Assembly (NCBI GenBank): GCA_021848885.1
Contig: JAJZTN010000001.1
Span: 148-64,147 of the forward strand
Reading direction: 5' to 3'
From: Actinomycetes bacterium
GTDB taxonomy: Bacteria > Actinomycetota > Actinomycetes > JAJZTN01
DNA: 64,000 nucleotides
The position numbers and the translations under genes are program-made. The notes under the pieces were generated by a model, which was given only the letters and a program-made list of their open reading frames with translations, was not told the DNA's origin and made no database searches. Below are positions 29,373 to 40,925 of this stretch, piece after piece. How positions within the stretch are numbered: position 1 is the first letter of the stretch; every line of letters begins with the position of its first letter.

Positions 29373-30214
29373 GCGGCGCGAGCCCCGACGTCGAGCCGGG
29401 CGAGTTCGCGCACCCGGGACCGGGGCGGGCCTGGGCCGGGGGAGCGGTCAGCCAGCGCGCCCGGTGTGTGCTTGCCCCCAACCCGGGACCGATGACGCTG
29501 GAGGGCACCAACACCTGGGTGCTCGGTGAGCCGGGGGCCCGCCGCGTCGTCGTCGTTGATCCCGGCCCGGGCATTGAGGAGCACCTGCTGGCCGTGCGCG
29601 CCGACGTGCTGCAGACCGGTCGGCGGGTCGGGCTGGTGCTGCTGACCCACCGACACCCCGACCACGCCGAGGGTGCGGCTCGCTTCGCCGAGCTGACCGG
29701 GGCCCCGGTGCGCGCCCTGGACCCGTCCGGGCTGCTGGGCGCCGAGGGACTCACCGACGACAGCACGCTCGAGGTGGACGGGCTGGTGCTGCGGGTTCTG
29801 CGCACTCCGGGGCACACCGGCGACTCGGTCTGCCTCCTGCTGCCGGCCGAGGGGTCGATGCTCACCGGTGACACCGTGCTGGGGCGCGGCACGAGCGTGG
29901 TGGCCCACCCGGATGGACGGCTGGCCGACTACCTCGACTCGCTGCACAGGTTGGTGGAGTGGTCAAGCCGGGCCGGGCTGCGCCTGCTGCTGCCCGGTCA
30001 CGGTCCGGTGCTGCCAGACCCCGCGGGGGTGCTGGCCGGCTACCTGGCGCACCGCGCCGAACGGCTCGAGCAGGTGCGGGCGGCTGTGGCGGCCGGGGAC
30101 CGGACCGCCGCGGAGGTCGTGGCCCGGGTGTATTCCGATGTGGATCGCAGCCTCTGGCCGGCGGCCGAGCTGTCGGTGCGTGCCCAGCTGGAGTACCTGC
30201 GCCAGCATGGCTGA
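29369..30214 (+). CDS. MBL-fold metallo-hydrolase
   Basis: The HxHxDH motif reads LLTHRHPDHAEG. Downstream His/Asp ligands are present. The GTG start overlaps the NUDIX stop (GTGA). Confidence 0.75.
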   Translation: MSGASPDVEPGEFAHPGPGRAWAGGAVSQRARCVLAPNPGPMTLEGTNTWVLGEPGARRVVVVDPGPGIEEHLLAVRADVLQTGRRVGLVLLTHRHPDHAEGAARFAELTGAPVRALDPSGLLGAEGLTDDSTLEVDGLVLRVLRTPGHTGDSVCLLLPAEGSMLTGDTVLGRGTSVVAHPDGRLADYLDSLHRLVEWSSRAGLRLLLPGHGPVLPDPAGVLAGYLAHRAERLEQVRAAVAAGDRTAAEVVARVYSDVDRSLWPAAELSVRAQLEYLRQHG

Positions 30215-30249
30215 GCGGCCTCGGGGGCCGCTCAGTGCTCGACCGGGGG

Positions 30250-30924
30250 TCAGCGGGCCCGGCGGCTCAGCCGGTCGACGTCGAGGATGACCACCGCTCG
30301 CGCCTCCAGGCGCAGCCAGCCGCGGGTGGCGAAGTCTGCCAGCGCCTTGTTGACCGTCTCGCGGGAGGCGCCGACGAGCTGGGCCAGCTCCTCCTGGGTC
30401 AGGTCGTGGTTGACGTGCAGCCCGTCCTCGCGCGATATCCCGAAACGGGTGGACAGGTCCAGCAACGCCTTGGCCACCCGGCCGGGGACGTCGGAGAAGA
30501 CCAGGTCTGACAACGAGTCGTTGGTGCGCCGCAGCCGTCGGGCCAGGGCCCGCAGCAACCCGGCGGCCACCTCCGGTCGCTGCGCCAGCCACGGCTTGAG
30601 GTCCTCGTGCCCGACACCGAGTGCGACGACGTCGGTGACCGCCGTGGCGGTCGCGGTGCGCGGGCCGGGGTCGAAGAGCGAGAGCTCGCCGAACATCTCC
30701 CCCGGGCCGAGCACGGCGACGAGGTTCTCCCGGCCGTCCCCGGAGGCCCGGCCGAGCTTGATCTTGCCCTCGGTCACGATGTAGAGCCGGTCGCCCGGCT
30801 CACCCTCGGCGAAGAGCACCTCGCCCCGGTTGATCTGCACCTCGACCATCGACTGGCGCAGTGCCGATGCGGCCTCGTCGTCGAGAGCAGCGAACAGTGG
30901 TGCCTGTCGCACGAAGTCGTCCAC
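30250..30924 (-). CDS. crp: Crp/Fnr-family cAMP-receptor-type global regulator
   Basis: The cNMP-binding domain reads GEMFGELSLFD...RTATA. The C-terminal HTH reads TQEELAQLVGASRETVNKALADFATRGW. This is the GlxR/Crp(Mt) type. Confidence 0.9.
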   Translation of the reverse strand: MDDFVRQAPLFAALDDEAASALRQSMVEVQINRGEVLFAEGEPGDRLYIVTEGKIKLGRASGDGRENLVAVLGPGEMFGELSLFDPGPRTATATAVTDVVALGVGHEDLKPWLAQRPEVAAGLLRALARRLRRTNDSLSDLVFSDVPGRVAKALLDLSTRFGISREDGLHVNHDLTQEELAQLVGASRETVNKALADFATRGWLRLEARAVVILDVDRLSRRAR

Positions 30925-31051
30925 GCGACCCTCCTGCTGGCGAGTGATCGCGACCAGTGTGCCGCACGTCCCATCGGTCCGTCGCCCGGGTGGGTGGCCG
31001 TCCTCTGGCGATGTCGGCGCACGGCAACCGGGGACCTGCCCTCGCCTGCCG

Positions 31052-31172
31052 CGACGACCTAACCCCGCCTTCCGCCGCGACCCAACCCCGCCTGCCGCGG
31101 CGACCTAACCCCGCCTTCCGCCGCGACCCAACCCCGCCTGCCGCGGCGACCTAACCGCGCCTGCCGCCGCGG
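31052..31172. repeat. About five tandem copies of an alternating 23-nt repeat (gacctaaccccgccttccgccgc / gacccaaccccgcctgccgcggc) in the crp upstream region
   Basis: The direct repeats are visible on lines 31021-31180. They sit 130-250 bp upstream of the crp start and overlap the 3' end of the next gene. Confidence 0.8.
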
Positions 31173-31825
31173 TCCGGTGTCGGTCGGGGCGGTGGCACGG
31201 GCAGGGCCAGCAGGGCTGCCCGTGGGTCCTCGTGATAGCGCGCGACGAGCTCGCCGGTGGCGGCGTCGATCCGCTCGTGCAGGGCTGTCCGGTAGGCCGA
31301 CATGGCCTCGGCCAGGTCGGTCAGGCGCCCCATGATCTCCTCGGTGGGTTCGGCACCGGACAGGTCGAGATGGCGCCACAGCTTCGCGATGTGTGAGTCC
31401 TCGGCCCGCTCGTCGAAGACCGGGATGGACAGCAGTGCGTCCCGCCGGGCCGTGGTGACCGGGTCGGCCAGCACCCGGCAGAGCCGCTCGACCAGGTCCA
31501 CCTGGTGCTCACCCGGGCCGACCGCTACGTCGGTGAGCGCCAGATCGATCCGACCGTGCAGCAGACGTCGCCAGTAGGAGATCCGCACCTCCTCCGACAT
31601 CAGCGCCGTACGGTAGGCGCGCAGCTCGGCAAGGCTCAGGTGAGCCAGCTCCGGCCGCCGGCAAGGTCGCCCGCGCGCGCGGCGCGCTCGTCCACTCGTC
31701 TCCTGCGACTCCCCCGTGGCGCGTGCTGGGTCTGCCGCTGTGACGGTCACGCTTTTGCCTCCTTGAGTCGTCCCTGGACTCGTCGGGGGCAGCCCGGATC
31801 TTGAGCGGTTCGGGCTCGACCTCAC
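31151..31825 (-). CDS. Hypothetical coiled-coil protein with RsiG-like E/S-x2-R-x3-H-x3-D repeats (start uncertain)
   Basis: Two related helices: ...LAELRAYRTALMSEEVRISYWRRLLHGRIDL... and ...LAEAMSAYRTALHERID.... Both fit S(x)2R(x)3H(x)3D and the first fits E(x)3S(x)2R(x)3H(x)3D, reminiscent of the RsiG c-di-GMP-binding motif E(x)3S(x)2R(x)3Q(x)3D. Confidence 0.45.
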   Translation of the reverse strand: MRSSPNRSRSGLPPTSPGTTQGGKSVTVTAADPARATGESQETSGRARRARGRPCRRPELAHLSLAELRAYRTALMSEEVRISYWRRLLHGRIDLALTDVAVGPGEHQVDLVERLCRVLADPVTTARRDALLSIPVFDERAEDSHIAKLWRHLDLSGAEPTEEIMGRLTDLAEAMSAYRTALHERIDAATGELVARYHEDPRAALLALPVPPPRPTPDRGGRRG

Positions 31826-31865
31826 CCGGAAGGGGCAACGCGAGAACGGCGCTTAGGCTGGACGG

Positions 31866-32597
31866 GTGCCCAACCCACCCCGCCAGGAGACCCGGCTGCA
31901 GCTGGTCCGCCGAGCCCGTCGGATCAACCGGCTGCTCGCTCAGCGTTACCCGGACGCCACGATCGAGCTGAACTTCAGCACCCCGCTCGAGCTGCTGGTG
32001 GCCACGGTGCTGTCCGCCCAGTGCACCGATGTTCGCGTCAACATGACGACACCAGTGCTCTTCGCGCGCTACCGATCGGCGGCCGACTACGCGGGCGCCG
32101 ATCGGGCCCAGCTCGAGGAGATGATCAGACCGACCGGGTTCTTCCGGGCCAAGACTGACAGCCTGATCAAGCTCGGGCAGGCGCTGCAGGAGCGCTTCGA
32201 CGGAGAGGTGCCGCGCCGGATGGCTGACCTCGTCACCTTGCCGGGGGTCGGCCGGAAGACCGCCAACGTCGTGCTGGGCAACGCCTTCGGGACCCCCGGG
32301 ATCACCGTCGACACCCACGTGGGTCGCCTGTCCCGGCGGTTGGGGTGGACCACCGAGACCGACCCGGTCAAGGTCGAGGCCGAGCTGGGTGAGCTGTTCC
32401 CGCGCTCGGAGTGGACCATGCTCAGCCACCGGCTGATCTTCCACGGCCGCCGGACCTGCTTCGCGCGTCGTCCGGCCTGCGGTGTGTGCCCGGTGGCCAC
32501 GCTGTGCCCGTCCTTCGGAGTGGGGGAGACCGACCCGAGCAAGGCGGCCGCGCTGGTCAAGGACGTCCCGCCAGAGGGTCTCGAGGACGCCGGTTGA
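31866..32597 (+). CDS. nth: Endonuclease III (DNA glycosylase / AP lyase)
   Basis: The HhH-GPD motif reads [13 protein letters not shown]. The C-terminal 4Fe-4S cluster is C-x6-C-x2-C-x5-C ([17 protein letters not shown]). Confidence 0.9.
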   Translation: MPNPPRQETRLQLVRRARRINRLLAQRYPDATIELNFSTPLELLVATVLSAQCTDVRVNMTTPVLFARYRSAADYAGADRAQLEEMIRPTGFFRAKTDSLIKLGQALQERFDGEVPRRMADLVTLPGVGRKTANVVLGNAFGTPGITVDTHVGRLSRRLGWTTETDPVKVEAELGELFPRSEWTMLSHRLIFHGRRTCFARRPACGVCPVATLCPSFGVGETDPSKAAALVKDVPPEGLEDAG

Positions 32598-33298
32598 GTG
32601 CGCCCGGGCGCTGGCTGCTGCCTGGCCTGCTGGCTCTGGCGGTGGCCACGCTGGCCGGCTGTGCGGCGCCGTCGGGCGGCACCGGGGTTCCGGCGGGGCC
32701 GGGCGCGGCCTCCCCGGTCGGCTCCGGTTCCTCTCCCGGCGGGGCACCTGGTGCGGCCAGCGCCGGTGCGGTCAGCTCCGGTGGGGCTAACCCCGATGCC
32801 TCGGTCTCGGCGATGGCCGCCACCGCGCGGCTGGACCCCTGCCCGCCCAGCCGCACCGCGCTGCCCGCCACCCCGGACGGGCTGCCCGACGTCACACTGG
32901 CTTGTCTGGGCCCGGCCGGTTCGCGCACCGTGCGGCTGGCCGGGCTGGACGGGCCCGCGGTGGTCAATGTGTGGGCGTCCTGGTGTGTTCCCTGTCGGCA
33001 GGAGGCACCGCTGATCCAGCAGCTGCATGCCCAAGCGGGTCCGCGCCTTCTCGTGCTGGGGGTCGACTTCGCCGATGCGGCCCCGTTGGCGTTGGACTTC
33101 GCCGCCACCCAGGGGCTGCACTACCCCTCGGTGGTGTCCTCGACCGAGCAGTTCCCGTTGCCGCGATGGGCGCCCGGGCTGCCGCTGACCCTCATGATCG
33201 ACGCCGAGGGCCGCATCGTCGACGTCCAGCGCGGTCCGTTCACCACGTGGGCCCAGCTTCGCGACACCGTGGCCCGCCGGCTCGGGGTGGTCCTGTGA
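32594..33298 (+). CDS. TlpA/ResA-like thiol:disulfide oxidoreductase lipoprotein
   Basis: Signal peptide plus lipobox ([12 protein letters not shown]). The thioredoxin CxxC active site is [11 protein letters not shown]. The TTG start overlaps the nth stop. Confidence 0.75.
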   Translation: MSAPGRWLLPGLLALAVATLAGCAAPSGGTGVPAGPGAASPVGSGSSPGGAPGAASAGAVSSGGANPDASVSAMAATARLDPCPPSRTALPATPDGLPDVTLACLGPAGSRTVRLAGLDGPAVVNVWASWCVPCRQEAPLIQQLHAQAGPRLLVLGVDFADAAPLALDFAATQGLHYPSVVSSTEQFPLPRWAPGLPLTLMIDAEGRIVDVQRGPFTTWAQLRDTVARRLGVVL

Positions 33299-34026
33299 GT
33301 GGGACGCCACCGGCGCCGGACCCATCGGACCCACCGAACCCGCCGGACCCACAGGGGCCGTCGCACCCGCCGGGGCCGGCTGGGTCGTTGCCGGGCTGGC
33401 TGAGCGGGCTGCTCGCCGCGGCCGGGAGCGTCGAGGTGGCCGACCTGTCCCGCTTCGAACCACCCGAGGACGGGGGGCGGGCCTCCGCCGTGCTCATCCT
33501 GATCGGTGAGTCCGACCGGGGTCGCGACCTGTTGCTCATCGAGCGGGCCCACGGCATGCGCTCTCACGCCGGTCAGGTGGCCTTCCCCGGCGGAGCCCTG
33601 GACCCCGCCGACGACGGGCCGGTGGCCGCGGCGCTGAGGGAGGCGCGCGAGGAGACCGGGCTGGACCCCGCGGGGGTGCTGCCTTTCGCGACGCTTCCCG
33701 ACCTCTACCTGCCGCCCAGCGGCTACGTCGTCACCCCGGTGCTCGGCTGGTGGCAGCGACCCTCGCCGGTCAGCGTCGTCGACCCTGACGAGGTGGCCTC
33801 GGTGCACCGGGTCCCGTTGACCGAGCTGCTGGACCCGGCCAACCGGTTCCGGGTGCGCCACCCCAGCGGCTACGTCGGGCCGGGTTTCCGGGTCGCGGGG
33901 CTTTTCGTCTGGGGGTTCACCGCGGGGCTGATCGACCGCGTGGCGGCGTTGGCCGGCTGGGAGCAGCCGTGGGACCGTAACCGCTACGAAGATCTTCCTC
34001 CGCACCTGCTCGGAGACAGACGGTGA
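33295..34026 (+). CDS. NUDIX hydrolase (CoA pyrophosphatase-like)
   Basis: The Nudix box reads GGALDPADDGPVAAALREAREETGL. A Pro-rich N-terminal tail. The GTG start overlaps the upstream stop. Confidence 0.75.
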   Translation: MSGTPPAPDPSDPPNPPDPQGPSHPPGPAGSLPGWLSGLLAAAGSVEVADLSRFEPPEDGGRASAVLILIGESDRGRDLLLIERAHGMRSHAGQVAFPGGALDPADDGPVAAALREAREETGLDPAGVLPFATLPDLYLPPSGYVVTPVLGWWQRPSPVSVVDPDEVASVHRVPLTELLDPANRFRVRHPSGYVGPGFRVAGLFVWGFTAGLIDRVAALAGWEQPWDRNRYEDLPPHLLGDRR

Positions 34027-35207
34027 ACCTGCTTGACATCCTGCTCGTCCTCGCCTGCCTCTCTTTCGCCGTCTCCGGCTTCCGGCAGGGCTTCGTCGTC
34101 GGTGTGCTGTCCTTCGCCGGCTTCCTCGGCGGCGGTGCGCTGGGCATGACCCTGGCGCCGCGGCTGGTCACCGGGATCAGCTCCGCGCAGCTGCAGGCGC
34201 TCGTGTCGATCGGGATCGTGTTCATGGTCGCTTCGCTCGGCCAGGTGGTCGCGCTGCTGGTCGGTGGGCGACTGCGGTCGGGGATCCGTTGGCGCCCGGC
34301 CAGGGTGCTCGACTCCACCCTCGGCGCGTTGCTCTCAGCGGTGTCGGTGCTGCTGGTGGCCTGGTTCCTGGCCTCGGCGCTGCGGGTCGGGCCTCTACCG
34401 CAGGTGTCCGCGCAGATCCGCGGCTCGATGATCATCAACCGGATCGACACACTGATGCCCGCCCAGGCCCGCACCCTGTTCTCCTCGTTCCGGCGGGTGC
34501 TGGACAACAACGGTTTCCCCCGGGTGTTCGGCACCCTCGCCCCGGAGACGATCGTCCCGGTCGAGCCGCCCACCTCCGCGCTGCTGTCCGACCCGGACAT
34601 CAAGCGGGCGGCGGCCAGCATCGTCAAGGTGGTCGGGCTGGCCGCCTCGTGCAACCGCGACGTCGAGGGCACCGGCTTCGTCATCGCCGCACACCGGGTG
34701 CTCACCAACGCTCACGTGGTCGCCGGGGTGCGCACCCCGACCGTGCAGGTCGGCGGGACGGGCCGGCGCTACCAGGGCCGGGTCGTCTACTACAACCCAG
34801 ACGTGGACATCGCCGTCATCGACGTTCCCGGGCTTTCCGCGCCGGCACTGGCCTTCACCGTCGACGCCACCCGGGGCGACCCGGCGGTGGCGGCCGGCTT
34901 CCCGCTGGACGGGCCCTACCAGCTCAGCCCGGCCAGGGTGCGCGACGTCATCGAGGCACGCGGGCCGAACATCTACGACTCCGCGCAGGTGACCCGCCAG
35001 ATCTACTCCCTCTACGTCACGATCGAGCCGGGCAACTCTGGTGGGCCGCTGCTTGCCGCCAGCGGCAAGGTGTACGGGGTGATCTTCGCCAAGTCGGTGG
35101 ACAGCTCGACCACCGGCTACGCGTTGACCTACACCGAGATCAAGCCTCTGCTTCCCGCGGCGGTGGCGGCCACGACCGCGGTGCCGACCGGGGCGTGCGC
35201 GAACTGA
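34023..35207 (+). CDS. MarP-like membrane serine protease (CvpA-like 4-TM N-domain plus trypsin-like S1 domain)
   Basis: A four-TM N-terminus is followed by the S1 protease triad context TNAHVV, D and GNSGGPL. Confidence 0.8.
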   Translation: MNLLDILLVLACLSFAVSGFRQGFVVGVLSFAGFLGGGALGMTLAPRLVTGISSAQLQALVSIGIVFMVASLGQVVALLVGGRLRSGIRWRPARVLDSTLGALLSAVSVLLVAWFLASALRVGPLPQVSAQIRGSMIINRIDTLMPAQARTLFSSFRRVLDNNGFPRVFGTLAPETIVPVEPPTSALLSDPDIKRAAASIVKVVGLAASCNRDVEGTGFVIAAHRVLTNAHVVAGVRTPTVQVGGTGRRYQGRVVYYNPDVDIAVIDVPGLSAPALAFTVDATRGDPAVAAGFPLDGPYQLSPARVRDVIEARGPNIYDSAQVTRQIYSLYVTIEPGNSGGPLLAASGKVYGVIFAKSVDSSTTGYALTYTEIKPLLPAAVAATTAVPTGACAN

Positions 35208-35234
35208 CCCGCCCCGACGGTGCCGGGTTGCACG

Positions 35235-36146
35235 TCAGCGGCTGCCCAGGAAGTCCAGCAGCTCGGCGATGACGCGGCTGGGGGCCTCCTCGTGCGGGAA
35301 GTGCCCGACCTGTTCGAGCAGCCGCCAGCGGTAGTCGGCGCTGACATACCGGGCGCCGCCGGCAAGCTCCGGGGCGACGAGCGGGTCCCGCGCCCCGTGC
35401 AGCTGCAGCACCGGCACGCTCATCGGGGTGGCCATCACCGCCGCGTAGCGGCGACCGTCGGTGCGCGGCAGCGACCGGAAGGCCCAGCGATGGAACTCCA
35501 AGGCGCAGTGCGCCACGGCCGGAATCGTGAACGCCTCGCCGAACACCGCGGGGGCCTGGCTGTCGGCCCAGTCCAGTTGGGACCACTCGCGCAGCATCGC
35601 GACCACGGCTGCCCCGCTGTCCCGGCGAAGTCTGCGCTCAGGCAGCAACGGAAGCTGCAGCGGCAGCGCGCGCAGGCAGGAGGCAAGCGCCGTGGCCTCG
35701 CGCGGCAGCACCGCCCGCTGGGCCCGCGGATGGGCCGCGGACAGCACAGCCACCGAACGCACCATGTCCCCGGCAAGCACAGGCATCGACCAGGCCAGCA
35801 TGCCGCCGAGACCATGCCCCACCACGTCGACCTGCTGGGCGCCGAGGGAGCGCACCACCCCGGCCACATCGCCGGTGAGGGTGAACGGGTCGTAGCCGCG
35901 GGGAGGTTTGTCGCTGGCGCCATAGCCGCGCAGGTCCATGGCGACAGCCCGGTAGCCGGCTTCGGCCAGCGCCGGCAGGACCACGCGCCAGGCCCACCAG
36001 AACTGCGGGAAGCCGTGCAGCAGCACCACCATGGGCCCCTCGCCCATCTCGGCGACGTGGAAGCGGGCGCCGTTGGCGGCGACCATGCGGTGCTCCCAGG
36101 GGCCGGGCCGCAGTGCGAGGGACGGCTCGGCGCGCAGTGTGCTCAC
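35235..36146 (-). CDS. Alpha/beta hydrolase (epoxide hydrolase EphE-like)
   Basis: VVLLHGFPQFWWAWR is the epoxide-hydrolase HGFP oxyanion motif. The nucleophile elbow is GHGLGG. The start is approximate; the ORF extends to 36302. Confidence 0.7.
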   Translation of the reverse strand: MSTLRAEPSLALRPGPWEHRMVAANGARFHVAEMGEGPMVVLLHGFPQFWWAWRVVLPALAEAGYRAVAMDLRGYGASDKPPRGYDPFTLTGDVAGVVRSLGAQQVDVVGHGLGGMLAWSMPVLAGDMVRSVAVLSAAHPRAQRAVLPREATALASCLRALPLQLPLLPERRLRRDSGAAVVAMLREWSQLDWADSQAPAVFGEAFTIPAVAHCALEFHRWAFRSLPRTDGRRYAAVMATPMSVPVLQLHGARDPLVAPELAGGARYVSADYRWRLLEQVGHFPHEEAPSRVIAELLDFLGSR

Positions 36147-36565
36147 CGGCTCGTGGACCTGCGCCTGAGGTTGGCCACGGTCTGCTTCGTGGTGGCGGCC
36201 GCACGCTGCGGCGGGTGCACGCGGCGTACCGAGGCGGCACCGAGCGCGCCCAGGATCCCCGCGACGAGCAGGAGGGCGGCGGCGACGAGGAGGAACGCCC
36301 ACCCGGGTGCCAGCCCCAGGGCCACCAGCCCGTCGGCGGCCGCCACCAAGGCGAGCACCAGCGCGAGTGCGCCCAGTGAGGCGGCCGCGGCGAACATCGC
36401 ACCCCCCAAGGCGGCCCGCCGCGCGCTGACCTTCAGCTCGGCCTTGGCCAGCTCGACCTCGGCGCGCACCAGGGAGGAGACGTCCCGGCTGATCCCGGCG
36501 AGCAGCTCGCCTATCGAGGCCTCGGTGGCTGGCCCGGCGCCGTTGCCCGCCGTGGGCTCGCTCAT
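36143..36565 (-). CDS. Small membrane protein, holin-X / phage-holin-3-like
   Basis: An amphipathic N-terminal helix (LVRAEVELAKAELK) is followed by two TM segments. The start is taken at MSEPTAG; the ORF extends upstream with low-complexity sequence. Confidence 0.45.
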   Translation of the reverse strand: MSEPTAGNGAGPATEASIGELLAGISRDVSSLVRAEVELAKAELKVSARRAALGGAMFAAAASLGALALVLALVAAADGLVALGLAPGWAFLLVAAALLLVAGILGALGAASVRRVHPPQRAAATTKQTVANLRRRSTSR

Positions 36566-36593
36566 GGGTGACCCTCCTCGTGTCCTCGCCGGC

Positions 36594-37678
36594 TCAGGCG
36601 GGACCGGTGCCGGTCTCCGCCGGGCCCCATCCTGCCTCCTCACCGCCTTCGTCCGGGCCGGCCTCGTCGATTCGACGGTAGGCGGCGTTGCGGGCCCGAA
36701 GGTCCAGCGAGGCGAGCACAGCCGCCAGCAGCGACCCGACGAGGATGCCCAGCCTGACATGCTCGGCGCGGGCGGGGTCCCCGGCGAAGGCGAGCTCGCC
36801 CATGAGCAGGGAGACGGTGAAGCCCACCCCGCCCAGCAGTGCCACCCCGGCCATGTCCGCCCAGGCGAGGTCCGGGTGCAGCTCGGCTCGGGTGAAGCGG
36901 GCCACCAGCCAGGCCCCGCCGAGCACCCCGAGGAACTTGCCGACCACCAGTCCTGCCACCACCGCCACCGCCGCCCGGTCGCTCAGCGCGGCGCCCAGCG
37001 CGCCGCGGGCCAGTGGCGCCCCCGCTGAGAGCAACGCGAAGACGGGCACCGCCACCCCGGCTGACAGGGGTCGCACCCGGTGCTCGAGCCGCTCCGCCGG
37101 GGAGTGCGTCTCACCCGGGTCCGGTCGCACCCGGGTGAGCAACCCGATGGCCACTCCGGCGATCGTGGCGTGCACGCCGCTGGCATGCACCAGTGCCCAG
37201 ATGAGCAGGGCCAGCGGCAGGTGGATCCACCAGGCGGTGACCCGGCGGTGCGCGAACCAGGCATACAGGGCCAGCAGCAGGCCGGCCCGGCCGCGGCGAG
37301 CAGGTAGATCCCGGCCGGCACGAGCATGCCGGCGATCGCTGCGACGACGGGCAGGAGCGCCGTGGAAGGCCGGGCGAGCTGACCGCAGACGATCTCGCGC
37401 TTGAGCTCCAGCCCCGCGACGAAGAAGAAGATCGCCAGCAGGCCGTCGGCGGCCCATGCGCGCAAGGACAGGTCAAGGTGGAGTGCGGCTGGGCCGATGA
37501 CCGCCTCGCGCAGCGACAGGTAGCTCGCGCTCCAGGCGGAGTTGGCCCACACCATCGCGACCACGGCGGCCGCCAGCAGCAGCGCGCCGGCGACGGTCTC
37601 CTCGCGCAGCATGGCCAGTACGAAGCCGCGCTCCGGACGGGGCAGCCTCTCCAGCAGGGCACGGCGGAACTCGTTCAT
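36594..37678 (-). pseudogene. nhaA: Na+/H+ antiporter NhaA, disrupted by frameshift plus internal deletion
   Basis: An N-terminal frame (36983..37678) encodes NhaA TM I-III ([16 protein letters not shown]...VPAGIYLL). A C-terminal frame (36594..~37330) encodes TM VI-XII (...[14 protein letters not shown]...GVGFTVSLLM...). The TM IV-V segment with the conserved DD motif is absent from all three frames. Confidence 0.55.
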
Positions 37679-37951
37679 GCGGCTCCGGGCGGGTCAACGC
37701 GCGCAGCGGCGCACGACATGCGTCCCGACCCTGCGCCGGGGCCGACCAGACTTCCCGGCCCTCCAGTGCGGGTGGGTCTAGCCAGGTCCCCGGCGCAGGA
37801 CGACTGACGTACGACGTCGAACCACCTGGTGTGGGCGGGCGGTGACCCGCCCACACCAGGTGGCGCACCCCCCGGCCCCCCTGATGTGCTCATCCCCCTT
37901 CAGGGTGTGGGCACGACTGTCAGGAGTTCGCCCGGGCACCGGCGCGGTGGG

Positions 37952-39919
<1,968 letters not shown>

Positions 39920-40132
39920 TCCTCGTAGTCGTCAGAGCCGATGTTCGGCCGCAGCCGTGCCAGCGGGGCACGCCGGCCGCTACCCACGATCGAACCCCGT
40001 CACCGGGGTGCTGTGCCTACCCCACCCCAGCGCGGGTCCGGGGGCAAGGTGTCGGGTCCACGTGCGGGCTCCCCGGCCCGCTCGATGTCGCCGAGCGACC
40101 CGGGGAGCCATAGCGGTGGCTGGTCCGTGTGC

Positions 40133-40747
40133 CTAACGCGGCCAGACCGGGAAGGCCGCCCGCTTGAAGGTCGCGTTGGCCACCCCCGCGAACGAGCCGT
40201 ACCAGGCACCGAAGGCGGTGAGCAGGCCGAGGTAGCCACCGAGCTTGTGCAACCCGCTGGCTCCGGCCAGCGCACCCCAGGTGAGCGCGATGAAGGTGAG
40301 CACCAGCAGGATGAAGACCACGAAGACCACACCGTTGGTCCTGGACGCGGCGATCGTCATGTAGGCGGTGAAGATCGTCCAGCCCAGCAGGTACCAGCCC
40401 ACGCCCTTGGCGGCGTCGGCCCCCGCTTGGGAGAGGTCGGTGTGGGCCACCAGGTACCAGAACGAGAGCCAGAACGCGCCGTAGGAGCTGAACGCCAGGG
40501 CACCGAAGGTGTTGCCCTTGGCGAACTCCCACATCCCGGCGAACAGCTGGGTGATGCCGCCGTAGAACAGCGCCAGGCCGAGGACGACGCCCTCGACCGA
40601 GCCGGGGATCAGTCCGGCGTTGACCGAGCTGAGGAAGAACGTGGTCATCGCGAAAGCGCCGAGGCCCAGCGGGCCCGGGTCGGCGAACCCGGTGCCGGTG
40701 CTCGCGGGTGCCGGCGCGGTCTGCTGGGGCGTTTCGGTTGCAGCCAC
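40133..40747 (-). CDS. GPR1/FUN34/YaaH-family acetate/succinate channel (SatP-like)
   Basis: 204 aa with six TM segments. The family signature is NPGPLGLGAF...FYGG. Confidence 0.85.
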   Translation of the reverse strand: MAATETPQQTAPAPASTGTGFADPGPLGLGAFAMTTFFLSSVNAGLIPGSVEGVVLGLALFYGGITQLFAGMWEFAKGNTFGALAFSSYGAFWLSFWYLVAHTDLSQAGADAAKGVGWYLLGWTIFTAYMTIAASRTNGVVFVVFILLVLTFIALTWGALAGASGLHKLGGYLGLLTAFGAWYGSFAGVANATFKRAAFPVWPR

Positions 40748-40925
40748 AGCCGCTCCTTTCTGTCATCGGACCCTTGACGGGTCGACTCGGCGGTGGCGGA
40801 ACGCCGCGCCGTGGTTGCGACGCTAGGTGTGACCAGAGGCACACGTGAGGGGCCCGGTCGGGCTTCTCGTCAAGCGGTGCCGCCGTGGCGTCGAGCGGCG
40901 CACCGGGACCGCCGAACGGTTGCGC

